Source: Zygophlyctis sp. KS116 (taxonomy: Eukaryota > Fungi > Chytridiomycota). From it: a DNA stretch of 32,000 nt. The stretch's first letter is position 1. The number at the start of each line of letters is the position of its first letter. Shown here one piece after another: positions 21,355 through 31,852 of this stretch. The stretch is taken from assembly GCA_054661495.1 (NCBI GenBank), contig BAAFSQ010000025.1, forward strand, positions 1 to 32,000, read 5' to 3'. The notes under the pieces are model-generated. The model did no database searches. It was not told the origin of the DNA and saw nothing but the letters and a program-made list of their open reading frames with translations. A program made the position numbers and the translations under genes.

Positions 21355-21871
21355 TTAGGTGTTTGTTAAGTGGTCTACATAACCTCTCTGGAATTCCTCT
21401 AAATTCTGATCGGGACTATCAGGTCTTTTAAGAGATATGGTTCTTAATGGTGAAGCTCTCTTTGGTCTAAATGCAACATTATGACTCTGACGCCAAATGA
21501 CTGAAGGATAGCCATAATCTCCTGTCCGATAAGACACTTCCTAAAAGATTATAAAGAATAATTACCATGGGATCAACCCATAAAACAAAGTACTTGGGAA
21601 GCATTTTTGCAAACATATCCACAGAAAATCCTAATGATAATGCCGTTTGTTTTAATACAGAGTCTAGTCTACCATTATAGACTGATATACTACGATATCC
21701 ACTTCCTAGAATAGGATAATTAGGATCCCAATGACCAATATATCTATTTGTCAAAAGATTAGAAAAGTTTAGTATAAAGCTTTCACTGAGATCATCAGAT
21801 GAGGAAAACAGATTGCTTGATTTGAGCCATAAAAGAATATGAGTAGCTGCATGGTTGATCTCTAGTAGCAT
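21355..21871 (-). CDS. BTG/Tob family antiproliferative protein, 2 exons
   Basis: Box A RYIGHWDPNYPILGSGYRSI; box B LPKYFVLWVDPM|EVSYRTG restored by intron 21541-21565. Confidence 0.92.
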
Positions 21872-22082
21872 TTATTTTTACTTGCGGCAACTTATATTTA
21901 GAACGGCTTGGTGCGGCATCAGGAAACGAGTGATTTGTTAAATTTGAATATATATCAGCATGTAGTACTGTACTGAATCACAAAATATCAGATGAGCAAG
22001 CTGCGGCTATTTTTGCTGAAGACGTCATCAATGCCATTGTACGTAATCTGTTTTTTAAATATCGCTAATCCATTCATTCAAA

Positions 22083-22259
22083 ATGGGATGTAGATCTTCA
22101 AAGCCAGCAGTGTTTCCGGACAAACAAGCTCCAAAAGATGATAAGCAGATGCAGGATCAGAAGAAGTTGTCAGCCTCAGAAGTGCCAACAATCAAACTCT
22201 TTACATATGATGTCAATAAAAACAATTCGGTACAGGAAATACCCATTCTGAATCAATAA
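22083..22259 (+). CDS. 58-aa microprotein with an N-terminal dual-acylation motif
   Basis: MGCRSSKPAVFPDKQAPKDDKQMQDQKKLSASEVPTIKLFTYDVNKNNSVQEIPILNQ*; aaaaATGG start; fills an otherwise unusually long gap. Confidence 0.65.
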   Translation: MGCRSSKPAVFPDKQAPKDDKQMQDQKKLSASEVPTIKLFTYDVNKNNSVQEIPILNQ

Positions 22260-22284
22260 ATTTGGTAACTAATAAAATTATTTT

Positions 22285-24096
22285 CTAGCAGACTGGGACA
22301 TTTACTGCCAGTCCACCTTCTGATGTTTCTTTATACTTATTCATCATGTCATGTCCGGTCTGACGCATTGTAGAAATCACTTGATCTAATGAAACTCTAC
22401 CCTTCTCATCCGAATTGAGAGCTAATTGAGCAGATGCTATAGCTTTAACAGCCGCTAATGCATTTCTCTCTATACTAAAATAAGAAGTAATTGATGATTA
22501 CCATGGAATTACTACAAGACCTAGCGGTGGGTCGCATGTAAGGCCTAAATTATGTTCCATTCCTATTTCTGCAGCATTTTCAATTTGTTGTAATGTTCCT
22601 CCCATTACCTGATTATAAATTTAAAACTAAATTACCGCAGCAAAGGCTCCAGCAGCCATAGAACATGCTACTCCTATTTCTCCTTGACATCCCATCTCTG
22701 CAGCACTGAGCGAAGCACCTCGTTTATCTAATCCATTAGAGAAAGCAAAATTACACAACATTCCAATTGCACTTGCGGTAAGTAAAAAATCAACAATATC
22801 CTGTTCTGCATGTGCTGGAGAAGGACAAATAAAATCCAAATAGTATCTTAATACTGCTGGAAGAACACCAGCAGAACCATTAGTCGGAGCCGTAACAACT
22901 CTACCACCTGCAGCATTTTCTTCATTTACTGCTAAAGCATATAGACTTATCCAATCTAAAGCAGGCAACCTCTTTTTATTTGAGGGTACTTTAAAACTAG
23001 ATGAAATTCTTTGATCACTTTTTACATCTTGTTTTGCTAAATCACCAATTCCACTTGAAATCCCTGCGAATTCGGCGAAATTCGTCATCAACTTTTTGTA
23101 TATTTTTGGCGCTCTTCTTTGAACTTTCAACTATTATTTTTAGATAAATATAGAGCCTACCTCTCCAGGCAACATTTCTTGAGTAGAATGAACTCCATTT
23201 ACAATACTTTGATTCATAACTTTCCACAAATTCAATAACCGCGAAGTAATTTCTTCTGAAGATCTCCAATGTAATTCATTCTTAAAAACCACTTGAGCTA
23301 TACTTAATTTTTCCTTTATACAAATTTCCTTTAGAGACTCTGCATCATGAAAAGGCAAAGCAGCAAACACTTGTGCAGAAATCTCCTTGTGAGCATTATT
23401 ACTTTTTTCAATTGGTAATTGCTCTACTTTTTCAAAATGTACATTTCCAGAATCAAAATCATTTAATTCTACCTCCATCTTATGATCAACTCTTGGATCT
23501 TTCCAATACACATTTGCTGGCTTCATGGATTCATTCACGACAAAACCACCTCCAATCTAGCAATTACAAATGTAAAATTACAGAAAAGAATTCATTAGTA
23601 GCAACCATATCCCCCTTTTTATCAAACGCCGTAAATCTCATTCCTAATCTTTAACAAGAAACTTCATACCATTTGGATGTCTTGGTAAAAAAGTACCAAA
23701 ATGAAATATCAAGTCTTTTCCCTGATCAAAAGAAATACAATGATTTCCATTTACTTTTATCTGTTGCGATTGTTTAATTCCCAGTATCCTTTTGTGTACA
23801 AGAGTTGGATCTATTCCCTCTGGTGTTTCACCTTCCAATCCCATAATAATTGCATTTGGAGTCCCATGACCAACACCAGTCATGGCAAGTGATCCATAAA
23901 GATCAACTCTTAGCAGTGAGACTCTCTCCATAAAATCCAAATCTGCCAAATCTTTAACAAATATCTTGGCAGCTCTCATTGGCCCAACAGTATGAGAAGA
24001 AGAAGGACCGATCCCAATAGAAAACAAATCAAATACAGACACTACTGCATGTTTTATTGGTGTTTTAGTAGAATATCTCAAAGTAGCCTTGATCAT
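22285..24096 (-). CDS. Fe-S-dependent L-serine dehydratase (single-chain SdaA type), 7 exons
   Basis: [44 protein letters not shown], Fe-S cysteines MGCQGEIG / LGLTCDP / [18 protein letters not shown]. Introns 23644-23669, 23557-23581, 23131-23160, 22728-22754, 22609-22635, 22475-22501. Confidence 0.94.
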
Positions 24097-24156
24097 TTTC
24101 AAAATTTACTCAACTTTTCTTCGAAATCTAAAATTCATCATTCTGTAAAACCATAT
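23930..24156. repeat. Direct repeat copy A (functional 5' end of serine dehydratase plus dead copy of TLC gene 3' end)
   Basis: Near-identical to 25765-26000. Confidence 0.92.
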
Positions 24157-24406
24157 CAAGTGTGATAATTGTTATTCCAGCAGATTCCGTAAAGATGTGT
24201 CATTAACTTAACGGTCACCGAGGCAATAATGTACAACAGCCAATGGATTCAGAGAGCGTGAATGAACAGAACTTCCTTTCTACGACTGACCGACAGAGTC
24301 AACGATTTGAAATTAAAAAAGAGCTAAAAATAAATGTTATGTCTATTTTGAATACATGATTGTTTATGTCTATAAATATAATTGTGGCGCATTGTGTTGG
24401 CGAAAA

Positions 24407-25533
24407 ATGAATGAAGAATTGCAAGAAGTGAAGAAAGAAATTGCTGCTTTAAAGGCTGAACATTACTTTCTCTTGGATAAAGAAGAGCTAAGTAAAAGTG
24501 AACAGTACAAGGTGGACAACTTTGAGAAAGAACTCACCCGCCTTGAAACTCGTTACAACACTCTTGTAACAGCACTTGCTCCCACTCAAGGTACTTTATT
24601 GAAAGCTTAATAATAGATATGGATGTGGATATGCCCCCATTTCAGCCATCAAAGTACTCGCTGGAATTCCCTTTCTTTGAAACCAAAGACAGCGACAATT
24701 ACATTGATATTTTAGGGAGAGATGATGTCATTGAAAATATCAACAGTATTGTGGATGATCGTCTGAACAAGGACAAATACTGGCCAGTCATCATTAGTAC
24801 AAGTCGGGGCATGGGGAAGACATTTTTCCTAAAGAAGTTTGGAATGCAGAAAATCAAGGATAATCTTAAAACAGATATTATTGGACATGCTATAGCTACT
24901 GGTCGAATTCTCTCTTTTGATTTTACGAGCGGAACCATTAAGAATGAAGAAGATGTTTATAGTTTCTTTCCTCGCTTGATGGTTTTCTTTCTCTGTCGTA
25001 TATTTGATTGTAAACAAGTAGATGGTATCAATTTTCAACAAATTAAGTCGTTTGATGAAGTATCAACTGCCAGTGGACAACAGTTAAAGTTCAAAAGATG
25101 GCTGTCAGAATGGCAGAATACCCATGGAACTGAAGCGATGATTGACGAGTACATTCGATTAACAAACATTGCATTTGGAACCACATACGACGCTCCTCCG
25201 GTGTTTCTTCTGGATGAAATTCAAAATCTCTGTCATCCAACCAATATCATATCATCATATTTAAGAGACGGAACCCCTCAGATGCTTTCACACTTGACAC
25301 TACTCCTCAATCAATTGGCAGGCAAGCTAAAGCCCGTCTGTATTTGCACAGGAACGAATAATGGAAATATAATATCAGTCCAAGGAAATTCTAAAATCAT
25401 AACTAAAATACTATCTTTTACACCGCTGGTTTGTTAATATGAAGAATTTTGGAAAAAACTTACCGACTATTCAAATAAAAGTTCTCCTCAGTACCGTCAA
25501 GTCCAAATGGTCTCCAGACAAAACCATTCTTAA
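24407..25533 (+). pseudogene. Crinkler-type coiled-coil + P-loop NTPase gene, nonsense-mutated and truncated
   Basis: Coiled-coil exon 1; intron 24591-24616; Walker A STSRGMGKT; Walker B VFLLDEIQ. In-frame TAA at 25435-25437, then YEEFWKKLTDY... to a second stop at 25533; no effector domain follows. Confidence 0.7.
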
Positions 25534-25764
25534 ACAACTTCTTGTATCTCCAAAGAGTTTGGAACCAGTCAAACAGCTGTTTTGGTTATATTTGGGAAAA
25601 CATCAAAGAGAAAAAAAGTTTTAACTCAATTGTATTCCTGGATGGAAGTGGGTGCTGCAATGGGTTGGCCCTTGATTTCTTAATTTTAGTTAAGAAGTTG
25701 ACATCAGAAAATCAAAAATAAATTGTCAATTATGACAGAATATAGCATAAGCTTCTGACTCTAT

Positions 25765-26000
25765 ATAAAATCCAAATCTGCCAAATCTTAAACAAATATC
25801 TTGGCAGCTCTCATTGGCCCAACAGTATGAGAAGAAGAAGGACCGATCCCAATCGAAAACAAATCAAATACAGACACTACTGCATGTTTTATTGGTGTCT
25901 AAGTAGAATATCTTCAAGTCGCCTTGATCATTTTCAAAATTTACTCTACTTTTCTACGAAATCTTGCAGAGACAGATTTCAACATTCTGTAAAACCAGAT
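25765..26000. repeat. Direct repeat copy B (functional TLC 3' end plus dead copy of serine dehydratase 5' end)
   Basis: The dehydratase copy reads ATG ATC AAG GCG ACT TGA ... ACT TAG, i.e. two stops. Confidence 0.92.
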
Positions 26001-26706
26001 TGCATTCAGAATGTTTAGTAAAATATTTGCCGATCCAAAAATTACAATATAGTACAATGGAATTGAATTCCACTCTTGTAAAATAGTCCTAATAAAACCC
26101 AATGAATTATAATATCCAAGTAGTATACGAAAAATGAAAAAACTAGAGAGTAGAAAAACACCATTAACTAATTGATATATAGATCCAGAGAGTCCAAATT
26201 TATCTAGTATCAAGTGTAGATTTAGAAATGGAGTCGAAACTTCATAGATTAAGAAGAGCGCCCCATAGTAATTAAAGATTGGTTTCTAAGATTAAGACGT
26301 AGAAACTTACAAAGCTTAGCAAGAACATTACAAGACATGCAAGTGCGTGAAATGTGAACTGATAGCCATGCAAATTCACAGAACGAATACAAACTATTGT
26401 GTCCCATATAAAATATCCTGTTGTAATAGCTAATACAGATCCACCATAGTAAGAGTATCCGTAGACTTTATCTTGTAGTAAATTCACATCAAAAAGCATT
26501 GGTAGAGCTAGCATAACTATAATAATAGAATGAGCGAGGGATACATGATACATTGAAAAGTCGCTCTTCTTTTTAAGCGTTTTGTAAAATTCAAAGTTTC
26601 TATAGAATAAAAATACTAGAAAATGCAAAATGTTCCAAAGGATAAAAGAAATTAGAATCTGCCAGGCGTGGATGGAGAGCATTGGCAAATTCAGGAATTG
26701 CAACAT
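25941..26706 (-). CDS. TLC (TRAM/LAG1/CLN8) domain membrane protein, TMEM56/TDA4-like, 2 exons
   Basis: VSLAH, GYFIWD, YEVSTPFLN, FFIFRI, LNAIWFYRM. Intron 26286-26310. Confidence 0.9.
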
Positions 26707-26736
26707 TTTAACTTTTTTTTACCGCCGGCTGGTTCG

Positions 26737-26748
26737 TTTGACGTCAAA
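26737..26748. promoter_or_regulatory. CRE-like palindrome upstream of the TLC gene
   Basis: TTTGACGTCAAA, 30 nt upstream of the ATG. TGACG cores recur in other spacers. Confidence 0.45.
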
Positions 26749-26794
26749 CTCTCATAACCCGCATTTAATCATTTAATATCAAAAAAGGATTTTT

Positions 26795-28159
26795 TTATTC
26801 AGTAATCATCTCTTTTCTCTTTCCCAACACAGATGATGCTCCTGATCTATTTCTTGCACAGTCAATGTGGTAAAACTGGTTTTAAAAATACAAAATATAC
26901 CTGATCATTTTCTTTAATGGAATTCTTAAACATCCATTCTTCTTGTTTTTCATCATAGAATTTGTATAAAGGTTCCAGACAAGTTGCACATTTTACAATT
27001 TCTTCTCCTTCAGCTGGTATATTAACTTCCATATTATAATCTTGAGCTGATGAATCATCAGGAATAATAGTCTCTACTTTATCATTCTCAGAAACCCAAT
27101 CATTAAGAGTATGATACCATCCTCTAGAAAGAGCACGCTTATTCGCGTCCTTGGCTCTACGATTGGATCTAAAATGCCAATCTAAATGATCTTCCATTAG
27201 TGATTTTCCAATAGTTGTATCATAATATCGAAGTCCGCATTGTTTACATTGTAACTGAATTGAGTCATATATTATACTTATACTTCCAGGATAATATCTT
27301 TTGTAAAATTTTATTTAAAATATACATGTTTATATCTTCAGATTTTAGCCTTATAGGAGGAAGTTGAGTTGCAGTAGTTAATAAAGGTCCATTTGAAATA
27401 TTTATAGACTTTCCACCATTAACCATCATTCCTGATACTTCAGCTGAAATTTTTGATAATGAGTGTGCATCTAAAGGAGTCGTTGACGCAAGATGTAACA
27501 ACTAGTATTTTTAAAAATTTCAAGATATTTACCTGTCCCAGTGTATTAATTTGATTTGTATTAATTTGATCATTTGGATTCATCATTGAATAATTCTGTT
27601 TTTGTTGTAAAAGAGAAGTAATTTGAGTAATAACATGCTTATTTTGTATAGGAATTTCAAATTTACTAGTTTTTGTAAGAGCAGGAGCATTTGTTTTTGA
27701 TCCAGGTATGTAACCTTTAACTGATCCTTGAGATAATTCCATTCTACTCTGATTTGCAACATACTTTTCCATTTCATCTAATAGAGCATTTGAGAAAATA
27801 GGTGTTGACGCTCTTCCTGGCATTGCTCTCCATGTTTTTAAGACCTTTACTAATTTCGATCGGTCACTTCTATTCATTGATTCAAAAGAGTGTTTAAATA
27901 TTGATACAACCACATCTGCAAAAGTAGACTGAAATATCCCACCAACATTTTTGAGAATCGAGTCCATTAAATATATTAGAGGCAGTTTGTTATTTGGAAC
28001 CACTGAAAGTATTTGTTCGTGGATTGCACTTGTTATTGGCAGCGCTGCTTGAATATTCTCAGATGCAATCATTGATAATGAGGTAATTATTGGGCGAGAG
28101 TTAAATGTAAGTTCGGAAAGAGCATTCTTAAAATCGTTTTTTATTTCTTCATCAGACAT
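26795..28159 (-). CDS. PCF11: Pcf11, mRNA 3'-end processing factor, 4 exons
   Basis: CID domain ELTFNSRPIITSL..KLPLIYLMDSILKNVG; QCKQCGLRY..HLDWHFR..SRGWY; CATC..EEWMFKN..FYHIDC. Introns 27502-27532, 27298-27325, 26876-26900. Confidence 0.93.
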
Positions 28160-28321
28160 TTTTAATATTTTCTCAAACTGCCCTTGGCACATTTTTGCAT
28201 TAGGCCTTGCCAATGATATCCTACGGCAGACTGATGATGCTAGGCGGGATTAACACATGCTAGGTGGGATCATAGGACTGACGGTTGTATGAGACACCTA
28301 CGCATCCACGCGACAGAGAAA

Positions 28322-28658
28322 ATGTTTCATCGGCTTTCAAGGCTTATCAGGACCAAGAGATTCAATTCTAATCATGCTAATCATTCGAATGAGCCAGGTG
28401 GCTATCTGTTTGGTGAAGCGGTAATAATATATTTTGTAATCACAGCCGGGAAAGAAGAGGAATTGGTACTGGTGGGAAACTCCTTATTATATTGGAATGT
28501 ATGGAACAATTGCTGTATTCTTGCTGTTTGAAGCCTTTTCTCCTAAATTAGGTCCGGCTGCTAATGCTAGAGTAGAAGCTCATAAAAGATTAAAGGAAAA
28601 AGGTGAAGATTTCGGGTGGCCTTTGCCTGCTGATTACGCATCAAGTATCAAGAAATAA
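28322..28658 (+). CDS. Complex I ESSS/NDUFB11 subunit, 2 exons
   Basis: Arg-rich presequence, EPGGYLFGE, intron 28421-28445, then WYWWE, one TM segment, and ARVEAHKRL. Confidence 0.82.
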
Positions 28659-28668
28659 AATATTGTCT

Positions 28669-30208
28669 CTAAAAATCATCTTGGTCAATGTAACTCTGAG
28701 GAAATGGTAATAATTCAGTAGATTCACCATTCAAGGAATTAGCTTGAAATAATAATCTAATGATTGGGCTTTGTAAGAAATCATCATCAGTTCCAATAAA
28801 AAGAGCCTTGAATCTTAAATATGGGGTGTTACTGGAAAGTGAAGAGGAAAATGAATCAGACATTGTAGAGGAAAGCCGATGAGTATATTGAGATTGGTTG
28901 ATTGAGGCTGAAGATTCGAAAAAATCTTGAGATTCAGGTCCATACTGATAACTTTTACCATCAAACTCTAAATCTTTCAATTCTTTTTCTATAATAGCTA
29001 TCCTAGGATTAGTTTCCTCGGTTACGCTGTCAAGTCTTGGTTTAAGTTGAGAAGGTTTCCGAGAATATTTTTCATTTTCTATAGATTCATCTGCGTCTTG
29101 GGAGTTTGTGGTACATGCCTTGTCTGAATGATTGACTTCTATTGATAATTGACTATCGGTTTGAGGAATCTGCTTATTTGCAAGTGTTAGAGCTTTATTC
29201 CCAGTGTTTAAAAAGGATTGCTGAGAAAATATAGAGCCTGAAGATAAAATTAGAGCAGATTCATCTGCACCAAATAAAGCAGTATTGGAAATTTCATCCA
29301 TGTTTTTGGAAAATGAACAATCTCTAGATAAATAGGGTATGCTATCTGGACTGATCATTTGGTGTTTTGACTTTGATTTAGAATGTGATGGTAGAATTGA
29401 CAATAGTGATAAGCCATCAGCACTATGAACAAGCATGTTTTTAAAAACTGATAACTGATTTGAAGATAATGTTTTTGGTGGCAGAGATTTCTGAAAATTA
29501 GCAGACAAGAATACGTCCTTTTTGATGTTTTTATTCAGACAAGCTTCACTTTTTGCAACTTTTGAATTTCTTTTTGTTGGTTTAACATCTAATTTAGAAA
29601 TACTCGAATTCTGAGTAGTGTTTTCTGACAAAATTTCCATTTTTGAGTCAATTGGTGTTGGTAGTTCAGAGAATGAGTCCGAATTGATTGGAACAGAATA
29701 TTTTTCTATAGAACACATCTTGTCAACTTTTGCAACAAATTGATCCAATAAATCAGATTTTAAAGGCATATTTGATAAAAGAGGCGAATCCACAATTTCA
29801 TTTAAATCATCAAAACAAGCATTTCCAAGCTCCACTGCAAAATAACTTATATTTGTGATTGGCGTATTAGTCATTGGATTTAAACAATGCAAACGAAAAG
29901 TATAGCAATTATTTAAAGGACCATGCTTTCTGAAAATCAATCTGTTTAGATAATGAGCAGAATAATAAAAGACTCCAACTTCAGACCTATCATCTGAAGG
30001 ATTATCATCATATAATGGATCTATTGCTTCTACTCTTGCAAGAATTAGTATTTTCCCTAAAATAATTACTAGAAAATATAAAACCTTTTACATAATGTGC
30101 CTTTATTAGTTCGTATATTGACTCTCTTGTAAAAGGTTCTATATATGATATTGGTATAGCATTGAAAGGATCTTGAAGAGGGTCAAAGTAGAATTCAATT
30201 TGATTCAT
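28669..30208 (-). CDS. DUF5092-like protein with a long Ser-rich linker, 2 exons
   Basis: EPFTRE..H..GKILILARV..YYSAHYLNRLIFR..LNPMTN and C-terminal FIGTDDDFL. Intron 30057-30084 (GTTTTA donor). Confidence 0.65.
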
Positions 30209-30325
30209 TGACTGACGTAATCAAACACTATCCAATGATCTACATTTAGTAAAAATAAACATACTAATAAAACACAATTTCCATCATCTCCTCCTTGATA
30301 ACTGTATGAGTATTCTTGTTAAAAT

Positions 30326-30775
30326 TCAAACCGAATGTTCATTTTCTTCATCATTCTCAACGTTTTCCATTTCTACATCCTGATTATCAGAACATTTTGT
30401 TAGATTTTTCTGATTATCTAGAATTAAGATTATAAAAATACCAATAACTATTTTCATGTATTCCAAGTCTTTAGAAATACGCTCTTTCCATTCGGGTAAA
30501 TTGACAAATTCCTTTAAATCTGTTGGCAGATACTTCAAGACCCCACTTTCATTAATATTATCTCTAATAAGAGAAGTCAGTCTAGCCTTCTCTTCCTCTA
30601 CTTGAACGGTGGCTGTAGAATACTGAAAACGAGCAACGTCCTTTGCATGTTTTGCAATAATCTCTTTAATCTTCTCTTCCAGCGCTTGACCTCTTTCCGA
30701 CTTTATCCAATTCTCTAAAACATCTTTTCTTAATTCATCAAAGTAACCCAACTGTTTATAATCCTTAAAAAACAT
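30326..30775 (-). CDS. COMPASS Shg1/BOD1-domain protein
   Basis: YKQLGYFDELRKDVL matches the KxxGxFDxLR signature. Probable in-frame 24-nt intron 30418-30441. Confidence 0.72.
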   Translation of the reverse strand: MFFKDYKQLGYFDELRKDVLENWIKSERGQALEEKIKEIIAKHAKDVARFQYSTATVQVEEEKARLTSLIRDNINESGVLKYLPTDLKEFVNLPEWKERISKDLEYMKIVIGIFIILILDNQKNLTKCSDNQDVEMENVENDEENEHSV

Positions 30776-31852
30776 TCTTTTTATTTCTTTTCAATCGTTT
30801 AAGTTGTTTTTTGAACGGGTCTGCTCCCAACGCCGACGATTGAGATTCAGCAAATGATCCAACAGCGTCATTTAAATTTGACGCTCTTCTTTTAGATACA
30901 CCAGAAATATTATGTAATCCAGATGATTTTAATTCATGTCGTGTCTGATTTCTCTTTTTTAAAACTCCACTTTTGCCAAATGCTAAATCATCTTGTGATC
31001 CTATAAATCGATTTAAATCTGAAACTCTTTTAAAGTCTTTTTCAAGATTCTAAATTTAATTCTTGTAAAAAATCTTACTTGAAATTCATTATGAAATCTC
31101 ATTAAACCTCCAGATCTTGATAATTTCTTTGATAGTTTCTTATCTTCTCTAGTCATATTTAATCGCATAAAGTTTTCTTCTTCAAATGCTTCTCTTTCAT
31201 TCCATGTTTGATCTTCTTTTGTAGAATTAGAATCTCTATTACCATATCCAGTACCAGCAGCTGAAAATTCTTCTGGACGATCATCAAATTGATCTTTAAG
31301 ATCTGTTAATATCCTTGATTTTAGAGTTTTTTTCTTATCAAATTTAGATCTAGTTTCTAAATATGGCATTGGAGCTACTCTAGGAGGTCTGTAAACATTT
31401 TCAGTCTCTTGTACTGATTGAGACTGTAAAGATGAAGGATTTGGTTTAAATAATAACGGATCTACTTCTGCGTCAACTTCTTCAACTTCTTGAATACTTT
31501 GTAAATCTGCATTAAGAGCTGCAGATTTCATTAATTTATCTATTTGATATTTGATCTTGACTTCCATTGGTTTAATCTTTTCTAAAACTAGACGATGTTC
31601 AATCAAACTGTTAATTAATTCTTCATCAATCTCTGAACCATTAATCTTTAGTAGAATTAGATATGCAAGATGTTGCAAGTATCCTAGTAATGAATGCAAC
31701 TTGACTTGAATCAATGAAACTCCCTGATCAGTTGGTAAATCTTTTAGTTCGCTCAATAGGGGAGTTATGCGATCAGAAAGATCTAGAGTTGTAGAGTCTA
31801 TAATAGATAATATTTCAGAAAGAGAGTCCATATCAATGTCCAGATCTGTCAT
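30765..31852 (-). CDS. LCP5: Lcp5/neuroguidin, SSU processome (Sas10/C1D domain), 2 exons
   Basis: GVSLIQVKLHSLLGYL, RLVLEKIKPMEVKIKYQIDKL, VYRPPR, FEEENFMRL. Intron 31050-31078, then 95 codons to TAA 30767-30765. Confidence 0.88.

Noticed and set aside
18679-24096. Thr and Ser dehydratases as a metabolic gene cluster
   Set aside because: Separated by three unrelated genes, and biosynthetic versus catabolic roles.
25651-25666. 14/16 match (GGTGCTGCAATGGGTT) to the hairpin 3' arm
   Set aside because: Plausible by chance over a 32-kb window and located in unassigned debris.
25827-26018. 63-aa plus-strand ORF
   Set aside because: It is the antisense reading of the duplicated dehydratase/TLC segment.
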